NCBI GenBank assembly: GCA_963727625.1
Contig: CAVSHR010000001.1
Location: forward strand, 1-64,000
DNA: 64,000 nt
Source: an uncultured delta proteobacterium
Lineage (GTDB): Bacteria > Desulfobacterota > Binatia > UBA9968
Direction: 5' to 3'
Every line of letters begins with the position of its first letter. Position 1 is the first letter of the stretch. This document shows, piece by piece, positions 57,367 to 64,000 of this stretch. Below the pieces are notes generated by a model. That model searched no databases. It saw only the letters and a list, made by a program, of their open reading frames with translations, and was not told the DNA's origin. Both the position numbers and the translations under genes were made by a program.

Positions 57367-58563
57367 ATGGAACAACAAAATTTGATAGCCTTGCCCTCCG
57401 TCGCGGAGCGCGATCGGCGCTACAAGAACGTGCGCGAGCGCATGGCCAAAGAAGGAGTCGACGTGCTGTTGCTGCCGGCGAATCACAGCCGGTGGGAGCA
57501 AATGATGGCGGACTCCCGCTATTTGAGCGGCCTTGGCGGATTTGCCACCGAGGTTTTCACAGTTTTCCCAAAGGAAGGCGCCCCGACAGCCTATGTCTTT
57601 AATCGTGCGGGATGGTGGAAACAGGCGCAAAACTGGATCGCCGATGTCCGCGATGGGCGCAACCGATGGGCGCAAAATGCCATTGAAAAACTACGCGAGT
57701 TGGGCTTCAAGAACGGCAAAATCGGTATCTCGGGCTTGGCGGGCATGGTTCGCGCTCCGGACGGAATCATTTCTCATGCGACGGTTGAAACGATTCGGAA
57801 GGCCTTTCCCGAAGCACAAATCGTCAATGCAACGCAGCTCATGCAGGATGCGCGCGCCGTCAAAAGCGACGAGGAGATTGCCTTTTTACAGCGCTCGATG
57901 GACATCATCGAGGAGATGATTCGCACGATGCAGAAAACCGCGCGGCCGGGAGTGACGGAAAAGGAGCTTTATGCGAAAATGATTCATACCATGTTGAGTC
58001 ACGACGGAGAGCTGCCGACATTGTTTTTTCTCGGTACCGGGCCCGACGCGACCCAAAGCACGTTTGTTCCCACCAATCGGGTTATGCAAGCCGGCGATCG
58101 AGTGATCAACGAAATCGAAGCGAAATATGGAGGATATGCGGCCCAAGCCGTGTGCCCTATGGTGCTCGGGCGCCCGAAAGGCGATTTGGAAGAGATGGTC
58201 GAGCTTTCCGCGGCATGTTTCTATGCCATTCTCGAACAAATGCGCCCAGGCGTTACGTTTGGGACCCTGTTCGAGATCTACCAGAAAACCGTGGACGAGA
58301 GAGGTCGGGGAAAATTCCGCTGGAGCCATCCGATGATGCATTCGCGTGGCTTAGGAGACGATGCCCCCGCCTTAATGGGCGATAGCGATATTGAACGTCT
58401 GGGAAAAAGACCGTTGGAGAAAGGCATGGTTTTCATTTTGAAGCCTCGCGTCCGGCAGGAGTCTGGTAGAGGAAGCGCAAGCATTGGCGACACCGTGGCG
58501 ATTGAACAGAGCGGTGCCCGTCGGCTGGGGAAACGGGAAATGAAACTTTTAGTAGCAGAATAG
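57367..58563 (+). CDS. M24/creatinase-fold hydrolase with atypical metal-site residues
   Basis: SVAERDRRY, RAVKSDEEI, GDRVINEIE, MHSRG, FILKP, GDTVAI. Confidence 0.88.
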   Translation: MEQQNLIALPSVAERDRRYKNVRERMAKEGVDVLLLPANHSRWEQMMADSRYLSGLGGFATEVFTVFPKEGAPTAYVFNRAGWWKQAQNWIADVRDGRNRWAQNAIEKLRELGFKNGKIGISGLAGMVRAPDGIISHATVETIRKAFPEAQIVNATQLMQDARAVKSDEEIAFLQRSMDIIEEMIRTMQKTARPGVTEKELYAKMIHTMLSHDGELPTLFFLGTGPDATQSTFVPTNRVMQAGDRVINEIEAKYGGYAAQAVCPMVLGRPKGDLEEMVELSAACFYAILEQMRPGVTFGTLFEIYQKTVDERGRGKFRWSHPMMHSRGLGDDAPALMGDSDIERLGKRPLEKGMVFILKPRVRQESGRGSASIGDTVAIEQSGARRLGKREMKLLVAE

Positions 58564-58576
58564 GGATAGCGATCGT

Positions 58577-59518
58577 ATGGCGCTTTTACTGGCACGAAAG
58601 GAAATCGCAAAACTACTAGACCTGCGGGTTGCAATGCAGGTGCTCGAACGGGTCTATCGGGACCAGGCGGAAGGAGGTATCGACACAGTTTCTCCGCTCC
58701 GCCTGATGAACCGAGGGATTCGATTGGTGGCCGGGAGATTGAACCTTCAGAACCGGGTCGGTGTCCGGCTAAGCGTTACCGGGAGCAGAGCTCTGGCACT
58801 GGTTTTCGAGATCGATTCCGGGAAACTTCTTGCGATCATGGGGTATCCTTTCAGCAATCTCCGAATAGGCGCGACGGTAGGCCTAGCTTTTGAGCGCCTT
58901 GTAAAGCCTGGAGTCAAAAAAGTCGGCTTAATTGGCAGCGGCGCTATCGCCCCCTGGATCCTTCAAACCGCGGTCAGTCTTCGGCCGATCGAAGAGATTA
59001 AGGTATTCAGCAGAAGTCCCGAACGGCGACAGAAGTTCGCCGAAGAGATGACGCAAAAATTCGGCGTGAAGGTCGTTGCGGTGGGCCGTCCGGAGGATGC
59101 GATTGAGAGCGCTGAGATCATCCTTGTCAGCACCAATTCTCCCGGGCCCGCATTGTTCGGCAAATGGTTAAGACCAGGAGTTCCCGTCATCGGCACCGGA
59201 CGACCGAACGAGTTCGACGATGAAGTTTACTTGAAGGCGAAACTAATCGTCGTTACATGTAAAGAACATGAACTGGGTTATTACGATAAAGTACTCGACA
59301 AGCCTCTGCTCCGGCTAACTGACCAGGGAAAAGTCAATTGGAATGAAGTCGCGGAATTGGGGCAAATCGTCACCGGTCAAATTAACGTCGATCGCAATTC
59401 CAATGACATCTACGTCGTCCGCGAATCCCAGGGCGGTTACAGCGACGTTGCCCTTGCTGCATGGGTGTATGAAGAAGCGACACGACAGAAGCTTGGAAGC
59501 ACCTTTGTTTTCGACTGA
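58577..59518 (+). CDS. Ornithine cyclodeaminase/mu-crystallin family protein (divergent)
   Basis: FSNLRIGATVG, Rossmann LIGSGAIA, VFSRSPERR, ELGQIVTG, SDVALA. Confidence 0.85.
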   Translation: MALLLARKEIAKLLDLRVAMQVLERVYRDQAEGGIDTVSPLRLMNRGIRLVAGRLNLQNRVGVRLSVTGSRALALVFEIDSGKLLAIMGYPFSNLRIGATVGLAFERLVKPGVKKVGLIGSGAIAPWILQTAVSLRPIEEIKVFSRSPERRQKFAEEMTQKFGVKVVAVGRPEDAIESAEIILVSTNSPGPALFGKWLRPGVPVIGTGRPNEFDDEVYLKAKLIVVTCKEHELGYYDKVLDKPLLRLTDQGKVNWNEVAELGQIVTGQINVDRNSNDIYVVRESQGGYSDVALAAWVYEEATRQKLGSTFVFD

Positions 59519-59632
59519 ATCATCGCGAAATTTTTGATCCCCGCCGAACGGCGAAACCGGGGTTTCCATCTGGCTTTCGCCAAAGGAGATTTTCGACATT
59601 ACCCGAATCGATTAAAGCAAAGGAGACTATTC

Positions 59633-60760
59633 ATGAATATCACTGCGAGCGCGTGGAAAATTTCATTGTTGACGGTAGCGGTCTTATCTTTCGTGCCGAT
59701 CTTTCCCCCGGTCGGACGAAGCGAGGCGGGAGAAGCTAGAACTCCGGCATTGGAGCAATTGATCAAAGCGGCCAAGGCGGAAGGGGGCCGCTTTATCGCG
59801 GATGCGGTAATCGATGACCCACGAGGGCGAAAAGAAACCGAGATTGCGATGGAGAAGATGTTTGGTTTCAAGGTCACTTGGGAATCTGTAGACCTAATGA
59901 ACCAGAATCGATTTGCCGCTCGTCTGTTAAAAGAGCTGGAGGCAGGCAAGCAACCGTCGACGGATGTCTTCAACGGAACACAGTCTACGATCCCTCGGCT
60001 GATTAAAGCCAAGGCACTTGAACCGGTCAAAAATTGGCAGCTATTGCTTCCGCGGATACCGAAAGAAGCGATCGTACCGGGGGGTGGGGCCCTAGTGGAA
60101 CGCACGAGAATCGGCGGCTTGGCCTACAACACGAATCTAGTCCCAGCAAACAAGGTCCCGAAAAAGATAAATGATTTTTTGGATCCCTTCTGGAAGGGCA
60201 AACTCGCGTCGACGACCTACGCGGCGGTCTGGGACCGCGCCAGCATCAGAGCCGACGGGAGCTTTGACAGCGACAGAGCCCAGCGGATCGCCGATCTTTT
60301 GACGAAACTGGTGAAAGAAAAGCATATCATTGGGATACTTCGTTGTGGCGATGATAATCGAATCGCTAGCGGCGAATTTGCGGGATTGGCTTTAATGTGC
60401 AGCCAGGACACCGTGGACTTGGCTAGGCGCAAAGGTGCGCCGCTGCAAATGGCTTATCTCGACGAAACCAGCAACTTGACGCATTCCTACGTAGGCCTCA
60501 TGAAAAACGCCAAATTCCCCAATATGGCCAAGCTTTTTATGGTTTTCTTAAACACCGTAGAAGGGCAAGCCCTGCTTCGCAAGTGGGAAGCCGCGGACAC
60601 CAGTTTTTATCCAGAAAACGATATGTACAAACTCGTCCAGAGTCTGAAGAAAAGAAACGTCGAACCTCCCTATATCGATATTCCCACATACTTGAAAGTC
60701 AAAAACGAAGTTGAGAAGTGGAAAGACCTGTATAAGAGAATCCTCATAGGTCAGAAATGA
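59633..60760 (+). CDS. ABC substrate-binding protein
   Basis: Start MNITAS (AAGGAG). LIKAAKAEG, YNTNLV...PKKINDFLDPFWKGK, PNMAKLFMVFL...EGQ. Confidence 0.9.
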   Translation: MNITASAWKISLLTVAVLSFVPIFPPVGRSEAGEARTPALEQLIKAAKAEGGRFIADAVIDDPRGRKETEIAMEKMFGFKVTWESVDLMNQNRFAARLLKELEAGKQPSTDVFNGTQSTIPRLIKAKALEPVKNWQLLLPRIPKEAIVPGGGALVERTRIGGLAYNTNLVPANKVPKKINDFLDPFWKGKLASTTYAAVWDRASIRADGSFDSDRAQRIADLLTKLVKEKHIIGILRCGDDNRIASGEFAGLALMCSQDTVDLARRKGAPLQMAYLDETSNLTHSYVGLMKNAKFPNMAKLFMVFLNTVEGQALLRKWEAADTSFYPENDMYKLVQSLKKRNVEPPYIDIPTYLKVKNEVEKWKDLYKRILIGQK

Positions 60761-60909
60761 GGACGCAGGGCAAGATTGAAAGCGATAAGCCGCGACACAA
60801 ACCGGGCGCTTGCTTCAATGAAAAAGTATCGTGCCGCGAAGCATGGCCATTCGAAATGTACCGTCGATCTGGAAAATTCCAACCTCGCAATTCATAGAGG
60901 AACGAATTC

Positions 60910-62661
60910 GTGGAGTCGGTGTTAAGATCCGCAAGGGCCCTTATGCCTAACGTACGCGGCAGCAAAATTTTTAGGGCCAGTTTTTTACTTCTTCTTGCAA
61001 GCGGAGTGCTTCTTTCGGTCGTTATTTTATTGCTTGCCATCGTTTTGGTCATCGCGTTCCAAGATCCTATCGACGCCTCCGTTTACACCCTAAAAAATTT
61101 TCGCAACCTTTATCTAGAGCCCTTTGTCTATTCCACGTTGCTCAATACGGCCGGATTTACACTTGTTGGTACGTTCACCGCGTTGTTCTTTGCGGTACCG
61201 ATCGCTTGGTTGGCTGAGCGAACCGACCTTCCGGGTCGTAGTTTGATCTTTCCGCTGATGATGGCCAGCACCATCCTCCCAGGGCTTTTTGGCGCACTCG
61301 GGTGGCTCTTCATGTTTCATCCGCGCATCGGGACGATTAACCGGTGGTTGATCGATTTCTTGCCGTTTCTCAAAACCGCGCCGATCAACATCGTTTCCAT
61401 CCCGGGCATGGGCTTTATATCCGGATTGGGAATGTCGTCACTCGCTTTCGTCATGCTTGCCGCGACGTTCCGAGCCATGGACCCTGCCCTTGAAGAAAGC
61501 GCGCAGGTCCACGGCCTAGGCTTCGTGCACCGCTTCTGGAAAGTGACGCTGCCATTGATGTGGCCTGGGATCCTTGCCGCTGGAATTTACGTTTCGACCA
61601 TCGGACTGGCCTCCTTCGATGTGCCCGCGATCATCGGAATGGCAAATCGAATATTCACGTTCAGCACATTTGTATTTATTCATGCAAATCCCGAAGAGGG
61701 CCCCCCTAACTTTGGCATCGTAGGCGCCGCCAGCGTGTTTATGATTCTGGTCGCCCTACTTTTAAGCTGGGTGTATATGCGGGTCATCAGACAGTCCCAC
61801 AAATATAGCGTGGTCACCGGCAAGAATTATCGCCCGCGAATGATTGAACTAGGCCGCTGGTGGTTCGTCGGTTGGATTTTTATCGGGACCAAGCTTCTGC
61901 TCAGCGTTGTCCTTCCGTTTCTAGCGCTCGTGTGGGCGTCTCTGATACCCTATTTTCAGCCGTTTTCGCGAGCAGCGCTAAATCTCGTTTCTCTGGAAAA
62001 CTATTACCGCATCCCTTGGGACCAGTTTTGGACGGCAGCTAAGAACACTGCTATTTTGACTCTGGCGGTTCCTACACTGCTTATATTCGTCGGAATCGTG
62101 ATTTCCTGGGTCGTCATTCGTTCCGGGTCAAAGTATGCCGGAGTCGTGGATACCGTCGCATTTTTGCCCCACGCGGTTCCAAACCTCATTTTCTCCGTGG
62201 CCATTCTTATCGTTGCGCTTTTTTGGGTGCCGGATTTTATTCCTTTCTACGACACAATTTACATTCTGATCGCCAGTTTTGTTATCGCGCGCATTAGCTT
62301 CCCGACGAGAGTTTACAATAACGCGCTGCTGCAGATTCATAAGGAGCTCGATGAAGCCGCTTACATATCCGGACTTGGGACGCTGCGGGTCTTGCGTCAT
62401 GTGCTGATTCCATTACTGCGGCCGGCGACGCTTTATGCATGGATTTGGCTTGCGCTGCTTTCCTACCGGGAGCTGACCCTCGCTGCCTTTTTGACAGGAA
62501 GATCAAATCAAACGTTACCCACCTTGATCTTGTCTCTCGTGTCAGCGGGACAATCGACCATTGCCGCCGCGGTCTCGCTCTTGTTGTTCGTGTTCATGAT
62601 TCCGCTGGTCATTTTATATTTCTTTTTCGGTCGCCGGAGTTTCCAGATGGGTGTCCCCTAA
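60910..62661 (+). CDS. ABC transporter permease (FbpB-like)
   Basis: ERTDLP, DPALEESAQVHG, QIHKELDEAAYISG. Paralogue of 47709-49466. Confidence 0.92.
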   Translation: MESVLRSARALMPNVRGSKIFRASFLLLLASGVLLSVVILLLAIVLVIAFQDPIDASVYTLKNFRNLYLEPFVYSTLLNTAGFTLVGTFTALFFAVPIAWLAERTDLPGRSLIFPLMMASTILPGLFGALGWLFMFHPRIGTINRWLIDFLPFLKTAPINIVSIPGMGFISGLGMSSLAFVMLAATFRAMDPALEESAQVHGLGFVHRFWKVTLPLMWPGILAAGIYVSTIGLASFDVPAIIGMANRIFTFSTFVFIHANPEEGPPNFGIVGAASVFMILVALLLSWVYMRVIRQSHKYSVVTGKNYRPRMIELGRWWFVGWIFIGTKLLLSVVLPFLALVWASLIPYFQPFSRAALNLVSLENYYRIPWDQFWTAAKNTAILTLAVPTLLIFVGIVISWVVIRSGSKYAGVVDTVAFLPHAVPNLIFSVAILIVALFWVPDFIPFYDTIYILIASFVIARISFPTRVYNNALLQIHKELDEAAYISGLGTLRVLRHVLIPLLRPATLYAWIWLALLSYRELTLAAFLTGRSNQTLPTLILSLVSAGQSTIAAAVSLLLFVFMIPLVILYFFFGRRSFQMGVP

Positions 62662-62746
62662 AAATCGGGCTCGAATTAACCCTCATGCGTTTAACGTTAG
62701 CGGGGTCCAATCGAAATCCACTTTCAATCGTTCAAGGAGGTCAACT

Positions 62747-63160
62747 ATGGTAAAAATCAGAACCTTCGATCATTGCGGCTTTGTCGTTGAGGATATTCCA
62801 AGAGCGCATCAATTCTACAACACGCTCCTGGGCGCAAAGCCCTTGCACATTCAGAATCTTAACACCCAGAGACTTTACCACGGCGGATTTCCCGTCATGT
62901 CGTTCGTCGAGATGGGCGGGCACCGCTTCGAGCTCTGTCTGGCCCAGGAACCGTTGCCGAACGCCGAGACAGGCAGCCATATGCCGCGCATCGGATTCTC
63001 CGTGACCGGTCAAGTGATGGACGAAATGGTCAAACAACTGGACGAGCATCAAATCCCACACGAAGGCCCAATCAAGTACCCGGATTCGTTACCGTTCGAT
63101 CGAACGATGCGAGTTTGGGACCCTGACGGAAACACGTTGGAATTTTGCGTGCGCCGCTAG
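62747..63160 (+). CDS. VOC/glyoxalase family protein
   Basis: Start MVKIRT (AAGGAGG). DHCGFVVEDI..A..FY, WDPDGNTLEF. Confidence 0.88.
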   Translation: MVKIRTFDHCGFVVEDIPRAHQFYNTLLGAKPLHIQNLNTQRLYHGGFPVMSFVEMGGHRFELCLAQEPLPNAETGSHMPRIGFSVTGQVMDEMVKQLDEHQIPHEGPIKYPDSLPFDRTMRVWDPDGNTLEFCVRR

Positions 63161-63171
63161 CGGAGGAAATC

Positions 63172-63621
63172 ATGGTTCAATACGAGGATATTAGTCATTT
63201 AGCGATGGAAGTCACCGACCTTGATCGAGCGGAGCAATTTTACGGTAAGGCGCTCGGAATGGAGATCGTCTACCGCGACCAGGGTGAACTCGGCAACGGC
63301 CGACTCATTATGAAAAATGCGACCGGCCAATTCCTGATTCTCGAGAAAGCCGACAAGCTGTCGCAACGAGCGCGTTTCTGCGGACCCGACGTCAATAATG
63401 TACCCGACCCAAAGGCGGGTTTCCGTTACAAAGGAGCCCATCTCGCGATGAGCGTCGGGTCCATCGAAGAGTACGATGAAATCTACGCAAGATTGGAGCC
63501 TAACGGAGCCTATCTCGAAGGCGATTTACGGGCAGCGCAGCGCAAGCCCGGAGAGAAAAGCGTTTATTTTTATGACCCGTTCGGTAATCGACTTCAGCTC
63601 ATCATTCTGCCGCCTGCATAG
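63172..63621 (+). CDS. VOC/glyoxalase family protein
   Basis: Start MVQYED (GGAGG). SHLAMEVTDLDRAEQFY, HLAMSV, YFYDPFGNRLQL. Confidence 0.9.
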   Translation: MVQYEDISHLAMEVTDLDRAEQFYGKALGMEIVYRDQGELGNGRLIMKNATGQFLILEKADKLSQRARFCGPDVNNVPDPKAGFRYKGAHLAMSVGSIEEYDEIYARLEPNGAYLEGDLRAAQRKPGEKSVYFYDPFGNRLQLIILPPA

Positions 63622-64000
63622 GGCGGGTATGCCAATGCCCCCCACGGCTGGCGGAAGTTTCATGTGCTTTAACCCGGTAGCAGATCGCACGCGATGTCGG
63701 GTAAATGTTCGGAACACTTTCTGCTTAGCGAGTAATGCGGCCGCTGCCTCACCAAATCGCTCCGCAACCGTGCCCTTCGTGTGATACCGGGGCGAGTCCG
63801 TGGTGCGGCTCGCCGAATTCGGACACTGCCTCTAACACTTACGGATGATACAAGAGGGAGGATCGAGCATCCCATGGGTGTCGACCACGAGGCGATCGCG
63901 GATGTAAAGGCGGCCATTGTATACCGAACCATCCCTATGTCTGAAGTTGGGATGTTTGCGCGGCGTACCCAAAACCGCCCATGGCATCTTGCTGATTAGC

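Noticed and set aside
59524-59600. Riboswitch upstream of the SBP gene
   Set aside because: A GGCGAAA/TTTCGCC hairpin is present, but I could not match any known riboswitch consensus. An Infernal/Rfam scan would be needed.

Overview
This is bacterial chromosomal DNA, GC-rich over most of its length. The gene repertoire (several Fe3+/thiamine-type ABC substrate-binding proteins, two UbiD, Mo-hydroxylase, atypical M24 hydrolases, LigAB, VOC, LLM) resembles Candidatus Binatia/Binatota; this placement is inference only. 1-18 kb is an envelope locus: an edge-truncated GT39/ArnT-like glycosyltransferase, a signal-peptide-bearing zeta-toxin-like P-loop kinase with permuted motif order, two divergent paralogous TPR lipoproteins, two tandem near-identical OprP/O-like porins, a BamD with a long repeat-bearing tail, and a TolC-MFP-RND-MFP efflux operon. 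18-39.7 kb holds a UbiD plus xanthine-dehydrogenase-family operon, a second divergent UbiD, housekeeping genes (fabI, PduO-type adenosyltransferase, lnt, Nudix, nth), transporters, two pseudogene remnants and a ligB-ligA pair. 39.8-41.5 kb is a cluster of tiny ORFs, several below the ORF-track size cutoff, including a 49-aa classical C2H2 zinc-finger protein behind a consensus sigma54 promoter. At 43.73 kb a degenerate tRNA-Phe 3' half looks like an att scar bounding a probable genomic island. That island carries two divergent catabolic/ABC-uptake operons sharing a single ATPase. Short 7-9-bp tandem repeats recur at gene ends and once inside a gene. No CRISPR array, rRNA, intact tRNA, integrase or transposase was seen.
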